Made by a program: the position numbers and the translations under genes
Origin: a virus
Length of the DNA: 64,000 nucleotides
Reading direction: 5' to 3' (one strand)
Virus record (IMG/VR): IMGVR_UViG_3300045988_176357
Location: 32,001 to 96,000 of that record
Notes under the pieces: model-generated
What the model saw: the letters and a program-made list of their open reading frames with translations, nothing else
What the model was told of the DNA's origin: nothing
Databases searched by the model: none
Shown here: piece by piece, positions 24,682-35,900 of the stretch
Layout of the letters: each line of letters opens with the position of its first letter
How positions within the stretch are numbered: the stretch's first letter is position 1

Positions 24682-25672
24682 TCCGATTTTGCCGAATACC
24701 ATAACGACTGCGCCGTCTGTCAAATCCGCAGTCAACACAATAAATCCGCTTTCATTCCTGTTTTCAGGCAGAGATTACGTGCCGTCATGGTTCATAAATA
24801 TGTTCCGTGGAGCTAAGGGAAGCGAGTGGGAAACAACAGGTGCGCCTGCCAAGTCCGCACATATTGCCGCAAAGGTGCTTGCCGGAGCCGGTGCACTTGG
24901 GCTTGGAGCATGGGGAGCAAGACATCTTATGCACTCCATGAAGCTGGATGCCATAGATAACGCCAATTCAGCTGCTACTGCAGGTGGAAAGCTGTAGAAG
25001 TTGTACAAAAGACCTACAGGTGCCATGGCTGGATATACGCAGGCGGAACAGCGCAAAGCGAAGCAGCTGTAGGAATCTGACAGCAGAGGTGTTGAGAAGA
25101 AAGCCTTTGTAGGTAATGCTGTAAAGTATACCGATCCGTATTCGTTTGCTCTTGGTGTTGTACCTCCTGCCGCATCCTTGCTCGCTCTTGTGGCGTCCTT
25201 TAAGAATGCTGATAAATATTACGATACCAAACTGTCCAAGAAACTTGATCGGGACATTGCCAATGAATAGGCGGAGCGTGCCAGAATCTCCAAGCGCAGA
25301 ATACTTAAGGGACGCGGAGTTCAGGACCTGATTGAGCAGGAAGCCCCTGTGACTAAGACAGCTTCCGAAAAGCAGGGTGTGTCAGGGCCTGTGGTAAGCG
25401 CACTTGGCGGAGCTGTTGCTCTGCTTGCTGCCGCTTCATTTGTAGGCGGGTTCAAGTATGCTCGGAGAAATGATCCGCAGACAGTCAAGTTCAAGGCTTA
25501 CAAAAAGGGCATATAGGCATATAATAAAGCAAGAATAGCCTAGGAGAACGTCGAGACAAAGCCACTCGATCCCAGGCTTATAGAGCTTTTCAATGCCAAC
25601 ATCAACAATAAGAAGCGCCCGCAGGAAATGACGCCTGTTAACAGCACTTCCTACAGAGATGTGTTGATGTAA
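24674..25672 (+). CDS. Hypothetical membrane protein.
   Basis: ATG 24674, frame 2. Track ORF 24647-24997 extended across TAGs to TAA 25670-25672. Confidence 0.4.
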
Positions 25673-25684
25673 TAAGGAGCCGAT

Positions 25685-26416
25685 ATGCCGTAGTTGCAGG
25701 GAACAGTCAATAATATCCAGCGACAGAAGATGCAGTTCATCTCCGATGTGCTGGATCCTACACCAACTGTCATGTACAGAGCTGATGACTATAAGACTCA
25801 GCGCAAGTTGATCTTTGAGCGTGTTAAGAATGCTGTTCAGAAGAGATTCCCTCTGTACAATGATAAATATGTACTGTAGGTGTAGAACCTCGACTACGCA
25901 GATCCATAGGAATTCTCTTATGCTGACCAGAAGAAAGCTGTTCTGTAGGGGACGTCTGTAGGCAGAAGACTTCGTGGCAGCTATGTGCTCAGAGATGCTG
26001 CAACTAATCAGGTGGTCTCAAGAACGAAGCCGCAGACGCTCCTGAAAGTTCCATACATGACAGATCGAGGCACGTTCATCAACTCAGGTCATGAGTACAC
26101 ATTCAATAACATCATGCGTCTGTAGCCTGGTGTGTATACACGCAAGAACAACGATGACGACATTTCAGCACAGTTCAATGTGAAGAAAGGCACTGGAGCT
26201 GGATTCAGCATGACATTTGTTCCCAGCAAAGGTGTCTTCCAGATAAGCAGAGGCACTGCAAACGCTCCTGCATATACTGTGCTGAAAGACTTAGGTGTTA
26301 CAGATTAGCAGATGAAACAGGCGTGGGGCGACTAGCTGTACAATACCAATAAGTAGTACGGTACCGGGTAGAAGGCACGCATAGCTTCCAACAGAATCTA
26401 CAATTACAACTCATGA
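25685..26416 (+). CDS. Multisubunit RNA polymerase beta subunit, N-terminal fragment.
   Basis: AAGGAG RBS and ATG 25685. Frame 2. …DRGTFINSGHEYTFNNIMRLQPGVYTRKNNDD… aligns with bacterial beta [24 protein letters not shown]. TGA 26414-26416. Confidence 0.6.
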
Positions 26417-27249
26417 GCGTTGCGTCCGATATAGCTAAAGGTATAGTAACCAGATTACCATAGCACTGGGACTGGAAACGCGCTCTTACATATGCCGGTG
26501 TGACAGGAGGCGGAGCTGCGGGTTTGTCTTTGCTGATAAGCAAGCTGCGCAAACACGATAAAAGAAAACGCACACTCAATGCTATTGTATCAGGTTTGTC
26601 AGGAGCTCTCGGCGGTACTGCGCTTTATACAGGTCTTCAGAACTTCATATAGCTAACAGGAGGGCTTCCTCTTGGAGGTTAGAACCAGCTGCCTGCAGTC
26701 GATACCGACGACAAGGCACCAGGTAAACACTATATAGTGTATATAGGTGGAATGAACACTGCTCCCAGGTATGCCAAGAAGCTGATACCGGGTGCAAATA
26801 TGGCTGTGCTTGACTGGGGATAGCAGGACAAAGCTGTTAACTTTATAAACAGTATCAGAGCTAAAGATAAGGTAACACTTATAGGTCACTCTGCAGGAGG
26901 AGGTACAGCAATAGCTGTAGCCGACAAAGTCAATAGACCTGTAGACAAATTGATAACACTCGATCCTGTAGTGTTAAATCCTGTAAAGCGTCTGTTGTAG
27001 ATGTTCAGAGTAAGAAAGCCTAAATCAGCTGTTACAGCATAGAACTACATACCTTAGGACTACAAACTTAAGGACAGCAGTAACGGATTCCTGTCAAAAA
27101 ATAATCCTATATTGCTTAGACAGGTTCCAGGAATGAATAACACAGTTATTCCGAATTAGGCACATGGGTTGTGGTCTACCGGCTACAGAGCTACGCCTTA
27201 GTCAGCATAGACCTTATTGAATGTAAAAAAGAAGGTAGTATCGATATGA
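26413..27249 (+). CDS. Alpha/beta-hydrolase (lipase or esterase) with an N-terminal membrane anchor.
   Basis: ATG 26413 (ATGA overlap). Frame 1. Nucleophile elbow LIGHSAGGGTA (GHSxG). TGA 27247-27249. Confidence 0.5.
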
Positions 27250-27674
27250 AAAAGTACGCACAAATATGTAAGGACGCCGGTGTTGCTTCGTAGGTTGCAG
27301 GTAATGCCATACAAGCCGCCCTGCCTCATGCAATTGTCAACTCCAATGTACATTAGGACATTAAACTGGGCGCTCTCGGAGCTTTCGGTGCAGCACAGCT
27401 TGTAGCAGCGGCAGCAGCTCTGGCGACGCCTACGAGATCAAACAAGCAACAGCTTAAAGCCGGTATCTCTCCATGGCATACTCTTGGTAATCTGCTAGTA
27501 CCTGGAATGGCTTCTTACAATTTGTACAAGAGGTACGGTAATGCTATGGCTCAGGAATCAGCAGCCGCAAAAGAACGCGACATCCAAGGTGCGCTCAAGG
27601 CGACCAAAGACAAAGACGCAAATGTGAGGTAGGCAGCAAAAGCCTATCTTAAGATGCGTAAAGCGAAGGCATAA
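27246..27674 (+). CDS. Hypothetical protein.
   Basis: ATG 27246 (ATGA overlap), frame 0, TAA 27672-27674. Confidence 0.35.
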
Positions 27675-27686
27675 GCAGAGGACACA

Positions 27687-27917
27687 ATGACGTACAAGCA
27701 AGCATACGCTAAAGTGGCTTAGCTCAAGTCTCTTTAGGAGCAGAACAAGTAGAACACTCCTATGACCTACATGCAGGCGCACAGAAGAATGCAGCGCAGC
27801 ATCAACGACATGCTCAAACCTCACGAACCCGATATTGCACAGGCAAAACCTGACAACAAGCTTACAGTAGATGCTCCTGAAGGATCGCCTTCCTAGACAC
27901 TTGGCAATGTAAAGTAA
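27687..27917 (+). CDS. Hypothetical small protein.
   Basis: ATG 27687, frame 0, TAA 27915-27917. Confidence 0.3.
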
Positions 27918-27940
27918 GCTTACACACAGCACATTCAATG

Positions 27941-27990
27941 GGCCGCTTCCCTTCAAAACTGGCAAGGGAGGTGGCCCATTTGTATTATAT
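27941..27990 (+). terminator. Terminator-like hairpin.
   Basis: Near-palindrome gggccgcttccctt…aagggaggtggccc followed by a T-rich run. Confidence 0.4.
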
Positions 27991-28041
27991 GCACAAACAG
28001 ACACGGGGTCTGCAAAACAAACGAACTGAAAGGTATTGAAA

Positions 28042-28404
28042 ATGCAAATCAAATCCTTGGATGGAGTCATGCACGAAGTCTCACCTGCTTAGGTATAGCG
28101 GGTGTACAAGATGCTTCCGGCGCATGCCTCAAAGCAAATGAAGGTCTAGGAGGATGTAGAGCTCAATTAGGTGCTCGAAACGTTCGACTGGAAGTCGCAA
28201 AAGTACATGTAGAAGGCGGGACATAACATCAAGCGTATCGTGTAGCTGTAGGCATTGCCGACTACCGAAGATGATGTGAAAAGCGCACTGGCGCATGTTC
28301 TGTGTCACGGATGCCCTGAACGGATAGCGGATGCTCTGTATGAGTCCATCTAGTTCTAGGTATCAAGATTTATGAAACATCTCGTCGACGAATACATGGA
28401 GTAA
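28042..28404 (+). CDS. Hypothetical protein.
   Basis: ATG 28042, frame 1, TAA 28402-28404. Confidence 0.35.
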
Positions 28405-28411
28405 AACGAAT

Positions 28412-28930
28412 ATGGATATAATGGGATTGCTGGTGCCTATTCTTTCAGGCTCACCTGAGATAAAGGGCAAGTTGGAATCGGTGTTCGGACAGCCTGTCGA
28501 TCACATAAGCAAATGTGTGAGTCAGTTCATGGACGGCATAAAGAATGGTCCGGGTTTAGTGGATAAGTAGCTGCAGAAACAGCAGAGATTTATGCACATT
28601 TACCAGAGCGGACTGCGCATGGGCTTCCAGGATTACTAGGCGTAGATAGCCGCAGCCGATTGCGCTGGTTATCCCGTTATAGACGTTGCAAACTCCTTCG
28701 CTTAGCGGCGAGGATGGAACTGCACAATATAGGAAATATAGCAGCTCCATGACAAAATCATGCCCAGATTCATGTAGATGGGCAGGAAAACCGGACTGTT
28801 TCAAACTGAAAAGAAAACCTAGACAGCTCCAAAAGGGATCCCGAGCGTGCAGGTTACAGGAAGTGCGAAATAGCCTCCGTGGAGAACGGCGGAACAGCCA
28901 AAAGGTGCACCTGTTCCACCTGTAAAATAA
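28412..28930 (+). CDS. Hypothetical protein.
   Basis: ATG 28412, frame 2, about 11 TAGs, TAA 28928-28930. The 348-aa minus-strand standard-code ORF overlapping here looks antisense. Confidence 0.35.
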
Positions 28931-28954
28931 CAGCACCTGAAAATGAGGTAAGAA

Positions 28955-29497
28955 ATGAGTTACAATGATACGAATTGCGGTCACACCGGATGGGGTGTGG
29001 GTCTGTCTGCCATAATCGGCGGCGCTCTTGGATACTGGGCAGGTCGTTCCAGCGGTCCCGGAGGGTTTGGAGGGTACGGATGTTACGGCTTCCCGGCAGG
29101 GTATGCTGTGGCTGCTTAGAACGGTCACTGTTCGACATGCTTCGAGCAGGGTGTTGAGTCCGGTCAGACTCTCGCAGGTCTGAACTACATCGGCCAGCAG
29201 GTTGCTTCTAACAGCAGAGACATCGCCAACTCGATGACAGCTCTCAGCAACCAGCTCAACAATCAGACAGCTGCTATCCAGGCGCGTTTCGATGCGCTCA
29301 ATCAGCAGAAGATCGCGGATCAGGCTGCCTAGATCGCGGCTCTGCGTACGCAGAACGTTGTCGGTCTCAATGCTGCTGCTACCAACATGCAGCTCACGAG
29401 TCTGAACGATAAGGTCAGCTCTATCATAGCTGGCTGCGCAGTCAGGTCTGTCAATGCATGTCCGACGAACAACTGCTGCGGCTGCTCTAATCAGTGA
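28955..29497 (+). CDS. Type-II-like membrane protein: N-terminal transmembrane segment, coiled coil and Cys-rich C-terminus. Spanin-like architecture.
   Basis: GAGG RBS and ATG 28955. Frame 2. TGA 29495-29497. Confidence 0.35.
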
Positions 29498-29549
29498 TAA
29501 CCGATGAGGGAGGTTTCCGCCTCCCTCGCAACTAAGATGGAGGTTCACA

Positions 29550-29873
29550 ATGGCATGCTGCGCATTGGTAAAGAACTGCGGACGCTGGCAAGTGTATGCC
29601 ACTACAAAGGCTACAGGAGCCCAATATTACAGGATTTATGCTTGCCTCTGCAATCTGCAGAGATGCCCGCAAATAACCTGCGATATAGTGTCAGCCGGAG
29701 CCTCCGACTCCAGTGAAGCCACGTTGGTTACAAACTGCGGAGCGATTATCCCGCTGGTCAAGAGCTCTACACTGGCCCCGGTAACTGTGGGCTAGCTTCC
29801 GGCCGGAACCAGTATGGACGTTGTCGTGAAGACAGTCAACCAGATCCCGCAAGGTGTGGTTATTGGAGTCTGA
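29550..29873 (+). CDS. Hypothetical protein; frame choice uncertain.
   Basis: Frame 0 reads through one TAG to TGA 29871-29873. A frame-2 alternative (29535-29716) overlaps. Confidence 0.2.
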
Positions 29874-29892
29874 GGTAATCTCAGGTCCGCAA

Positions 29893-29930
29893 AGCCCTCT
29901 TACTGCAACAGGTAAGGGGGCTTTTTTGTG
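29893..29930 (+). terminator. Rho-independent terminator.
   Basis: Hairpin aagccctcttac…gtaagggggctt followed by a T-run. Confidence 0.6.
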
Positions 29931-29987
29931 CTCTGCTCTTACGCGCTAAGCTTTTTGATATACTTCAGCTACAGAAAGGAAACCTTC

Positions 29988-32900
29988 ATGGCTCCATTTA
30001 ATACCTCCGGCAAAGCTCCCAAGAACGCGCAAGACTGGGTCAGGTAGCTTCGCTTTTCCAACGATGTAAACATGAGCACTGTCGGTGTGGATACAGACAG
30101 AGTCACTCCTTAGCTCATGCTCGCTTCCAGCAAGAAACTTCTCGGAATCTCCAGAGGCTAGCAGGAAGGAGACGCGAAGGACTCGCTCAGATACCAGAAA
30201 GTGTTCGGACCTGTAGAGTACTTTGCGTAGAGAATACAGAAGGACGGAGGCAGCGTAGCCAGATCAATGCTGTGGAAGGCTACCAACAGAGGCAACGTCG
30301 ACTTCATCAACTCAGGCAGTCTGTAGCCGCACGTCAGTGCAGTGTTCCACCAGAGTAATCTTTCGCAGTTCGTCGACAACAGCACACCTCTCGACGGCAT
30401 CGACAACTCCATGAAGGTCACACGTGTCGGTGAGGGCGGTATATCCAGCGACTAGGTTGCGCCTATTGAGATGCGTCTTGTGCAGCCTTCTTACTATGGG
30501 TACATCGGTTCGGCTCGTACTGCATAGCGCTGTTACAGAGCCGATACACTCATTCTGACCAAGAAGGGCTGGAAGCCTGTAACACAGATGTCCATGGACG
30601 ACGAGTTCGCCACACTCATAGACGGCAGACCTGCATGGCACAGACCTATAGCGCTCAACAGCTACGACCATGATGGACCTATGTACTGTTACAACGGTCG
30701 CTACATCAAGTTCTCCGTCACTCCCAGTCACAGGATGTATGTAGCACAGGATAAAGACTACAGCATACAGTACATCGATCAGGTCTTCGGCAATACAGTG
30801 AAGGTTCTGTGCGCTGTCGACAAGGCGTCCAAAGTCGACTAGAAGCAGAGGTGGTTCTACTTGCCGCAGGTATAGTCCCCAGCAGCCAACTGCAAGAACA
30901 TATAGAAAGTGGACATTGTCGACTTCGCATAGTTCATGGGCTGGTATCTCAGCTAGGGCAGCCACGACTTACGCACAACCAAGCGAGGACAGAATTACAG
31001 AGTCCGTATTACACAGTCTCCTACAAAGAATCCTGAGCACTATGCACAGGTGCTGTAGCTTATGGACAGACTTCCGTTCACCTACAGCATAGACAGCAGA
31101 GACGGATCAGCCAATATTACAATCCTTCGGAAGCAGCTATACATGTATGTCAAACAGTTCGGACACAGTGAAGACAAGTTCATCCCTGAGTGGATCTTCC
31201 ATGCTCCAACTGCAGCGAGATGGGCATTCGTCGATGCGATCCTTAAGGGTGACGGCAAAGGCGCCAGAGATCTGTGCACCATTTCAAGCAGACTCGCAAA
31301 TGACTTTGCAAGGCTCATGTTCGAGCTCGGACAGTCTGTCAATATCATAAAAGAGCTGCAGAAATACGAGCACACAAAACGTCAGGTCAACCCCTAGGAA
31401 GATTTCCTGTACACAGTTACCTGGCACAGAACATTCTAGTCCACACTGCAAGGGCTTGGATAGAGATCAGGATATTATGTATAGGAATATAAGGGCAAGG
31501 TCTACTGTCCCACTGTCCCGGGAGGTCTCGTATATGTGAAGCTTCCGGGAGCTGCAAAAGGTTTCTGGTGCGGCAACAGCCCCGGCATCACAGGTTACAT
31601 GACAAAGAACGTCATGAAGGGTACAGACGGCAAGCTGTACCAGAACATGCTCAATGTTCGTACAGGTAAGATAGAGCCTGTTGACTCACAGAAAGCTGCA
31701 GCCTCGGTAGTCACAACCAACTAGTACATGAACACGGACGACGAATACGTGTACGCAATGGGCGGTCCCAGAGGCGTACGCATTGTCAAGAAGTCCGATA
31801 TCGACTACATACTTCCTCACTCGGATGATGCGTACTCAATGGCAGCCAACTACGTGCCCATGTATTCAGGCATCAAGTCGATGCGTCTGCTGATGGGCTG
31901 TTTGCATCCGGATACACCTGTGCTTGTTGTAGACAAAGACGGATACACAGACATCATCCCTGCAAAGAGAGTGGGACATGTCGGCACCATATATCTTGCA
32001 GGCTGTGACAGCAACGGCAGCGAAGCTATGTACAAGGTAAGGAACGTTGTTCCCAGAGTGCCTGACAAAAAGAGCAAGTTCCGCAAGATCATACTCCAGT
32101 CCGGCAGAACACTCATCACATCACCGTGCCACAAGTGGTACATATACAAAGACGACAAGTTCAACCTTGTTCCTGCTTCGTAGCTCAAACAGGGCATGCT
32201 TGTTCCAAGAACAGTGTTCCAGACTGTACCTGTAAGGAGTGCAACTGTAGCAGGCAAGCCTGTCACAAGAGAGATAGCAGTCCTTATGGGAAGACTTTGC
32301 GCCTCTTTGTAGGTAGTGGGAACAACTGTCAGGTTCTCTTTCGTTCGCGACAGGAACCCTGAAACAGACCAGAGACAGGACATCACAGACGCTCTTGCAC
32401 AGCTCGGTGTTGTGAACTACACGATATACACGCACAAATAGCAGACCTGGTGCAACATCAAGGACTGCGTCTTCAGGGACTGGATTGCGTAGAACATCGG
32501 TCGCGATTAGCAGCACAAACGCATACCGAAAAGCATGCTCTCACTCGACAGAGGCTATACGAGCATCTTCCTCGATTCCTTCTTCAAGACTCTGGATACA
32601 GTCGCATAGGACATCACAGGTGACAACTGGCTGCTCAGGCTTCCCAATCCCACTGTGCGCGACGGTGTTGCGTTCATGCTCACGAAGATCGACACCGATA
32701 CCAATTTCAGAGACGCAGTGCTTCCTGATCACAGAATCCACAGAGCACTGCACTTGCTTCCCATACAGAGAGGCAAGCACGATGTCATCCTGTAGCCCAT
32801 TGTCAGCATAGAGGAAATGCCGACACCTGGAATGATGATCGACATCGACTGTGACGACAACGTGTACGCAGTTGCGAACGGCATCATCACACATAACAGC

Positions 32901-35900
32901 AAGTACGGAACACAGGCAGTCCCTCTCCAGTAGCGTTAGGCTCCTTTTGTTCGCGCACTTGACTAGCAGTCCGGATAGGACATGCCTACGAGACTCGGAA
33001 GACTCCTCGGCACACAGTGGGCATAGAAGCCAGGTATGGTGAAAGCTGTTCGCAAGGACAGAATCGACATGCTGTACGACGACGGCACGAAGGGATCAGT
33101 GTATCTGTACGACAACTTCCCTGCCAATGCGAAGGGCTGGCTGACCAACTACGTGAAGGTCAAGGCCGGTGACAAGGTTGCTAAGGGGCAGCTGCTGGCG
33201 TCTTCCAACTACACTGACGACAACGGCGTTGCAGCTACAGGCAGGAACCTGCGTGTAGGCTACATGAGCTATCATGGCGCGACGTATGAGGATGCCTGTG
33301 CACTGTCGTAGTCGGCTGCGAAGAAGATGGGCTACACGATCATGTACAAGACAGGCATGGACAAGGACAAGTCCATCCGTACGTCCAAGCAGCTGTACAA
33401 CACCTGGAAGCCAGGACAGTACACAAAGTAGCAGCTGTAGAAGCTGGACGATTTCGGCGTGGTCAAGCCGGGCACTGTTTTGCAACCTGGCGACCCGATG
33501 ATCCTTGGTATCCGAACTACTGAGCCCTCGCCCGGCACACTTGGCAAGAGGATCCTCACCGATGTTACCTAGACATGGTAGCACAGCACACCGGGCACAG
33601 TCACGGACGTGACGAATACCAAGAGCGGCATCAAGGTGTACGCTACCGTCAGCAAGCCACTGTAGGTAGGTGACAAGATGTGCTACGATGAGTAGACGTA
33701 GGTACTGACAGCTGATGGCTGGAAGCGTTTTGCTCAACTCACATTGCATGACAAAGTGTACACGCTCGATCCTGATTCCGATACCATATAGCTGCAGCAC
33801 CCTGTGATGGTACACAGATACAGACATAAGGATCCGATGTACAAGCTCTGCACAAGAGACATCGACCTTATGGTCACTCCCAACCACAGGAACCTTGTCA
33901 GGATACATGCCGCACAGGGACCTGCCAAGTATCGGCTGGTGCAGGCAAGTGAGCATTATGGCGAGCTGCTGTAGATGCGTACAGGTGCGGAAGGTGCTCG
34001 CCGGGATGTGCCCGTGAACTACGCTGCGGACGACGTGTAGCAGTGGGTCGCCTACGACGGCTACGTGTACTGTGCCACTGTGTAGAAGTACCATACGCTG
34101 TACGTGCGCAGGAACGGCAAGGCAGTATGGTCAGGCAACTCTGGCTTCTAGGGCTCCAAAGGCACGGTCGCACAGGTCATCCCTGACGACAAGATGCCGA
34201 GGGACTCGCAGGGCAGGCCGCTGTAGCTGCTGTTCGACCCGCTTGGAATCATCAGTCGCACAAATCCCTCGCAGCTCATGCAGGCAGGACTCGGCAAAGT
34301 GGCAGCCAAGACAGGCAAGCCCATAGTGATGCCTCAGTTCATGCCCAAGGGACAATCAAGGCTCAAGTATGTCAAGGACCTCATGAAGAAGAACAATGTT
34401 CCATGGTCCTAGGACGTGTACGATCCGTAGTCAGGGCGCACAATCAAGAACGTCTTCACAGGCGTCGCCTACTACATGCCTCTCAAGCACCTTGCATAGT
34501 CCAAGATGAGTGCACGAGGCACTGAAGGGTACGATGCATCAGGTGTGCCGAAGTCCGGTGGTGAGCATGGAAGCAAGAAAATAGGACAGCTGTAGAGCAG
34601 CGCTCTGGTCGGACACGACGCCTTCGACTTCCTCACTCAGGACGCCAAGCTCATACGCGGCCAGTCCAACGCCGACTTCTGGCGCTCCATTCGCACAGGC
34701 CAGATACCTGTCGTCCCGGGCTAGCCTCTCGTGCACAAGAAGTTCTTCGCGCACCTGCAGGCTTCTGGACTCAACGTCCGCAGATCCAAGTAGGGCGTCT
34801 CTCTGTTCGCACTCTCCACAAAGGACGTGGACGACATGGCAGGCAACAGATAGCTCAAGTCAACAGACACATACGAGCAGAAGAACTTCAGACCCATCGA
34901 CGGCGGTCTCTTCGGACAGGACATCTTCGGACCCGACGGCATGAACTGGGGCTACATTCAGCTCGACAGCCCTCTCCCGAACCCCGTCATGTAGTAGCCG
35001 CTTGCGCGTCTCCTGCGCATGTCCGACAAGGACTTCCAGGCAGTCGCTCAGGGCAGAGCCACGGTCAATGGCATCTCCAACGCAACATAGATGAAACAGG
35101 CGCTGGCAAAGATCGACCTGTAGAAGGAAGCCCAGCAGTCGCTCGTATAGCTCAAGGATGCACGGCCCTCAAAGAAGGACGCTGCGCTGAAGCGCTATGT
35201 AGCCATTGCCAAGATGCGCGACAACGGTGTTCCTCCTCAGGACTACATGCTGGACAGAATACCGGTGCTGCCTCCCAAGTTCCGCCCGATCACACAGCAC
35301 GGCGGTCTCACAATGGTAGCAGACAGCAACTACCTGTATGCGCAGCTGCTGAACGCAAGGGACGACCTGCGCTAGGCACAGAAAGAAGGACTGCCCGCTG
35401 AGTACATCACCGACGCGAACGCGAAGCTTTACACGAAGTGGAAGGAACTGGTGGGGCTGTACGACCCATAGGACGTGAAGCTGAAGAACAAGTCGGTGAA
35501 GGGCCTGCTGAAGTGGGCCCTCGGCACGAGTCCCAAGCGCTCGGCGTTCGCCACGAAGGTGCTGGGGTCGACGGTGGACACTGTGGGACGCGGAGTCATT
35601 GTTCCCAGTACTAAATTACGATTGAATGAGATCGGGATGCCGGTGGACATGGCGTGGGATGTATATGCGCCTTTTGTGGTGCGCAAGCTGGTGCAGCGGA
35701 ACTACACACCTGTGGACGCCATGAAGATGGTCAAGTAGCGTGTGCCTGCGGCGTTCGATGCACTGCAGCAGGCGGTGAGCGAGCGGCCTGTGGTCATGAA
35801 CCGCGCTCCCTCGCTGCACAAGCTCAGTCTCATGGGCTTCAATGTGAGGCTGACAAGCGGCAAAGCTATCAAGATCAACCCCTCAATTGTTGTCCCGTAC

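Noticed and set aside
28556-29602. 348-aa minus-strand ORF.
   Set aside because: Antisense of + genes 28412-28930 and 28955-29497. Arg/Leu/Cys-rich.
33096-34094. 332-aa minus-strand ORF.
   Set aside because: Lies antisense to the RNAP beta coding region, whose conserved motifs read unambiguously on the + strand.
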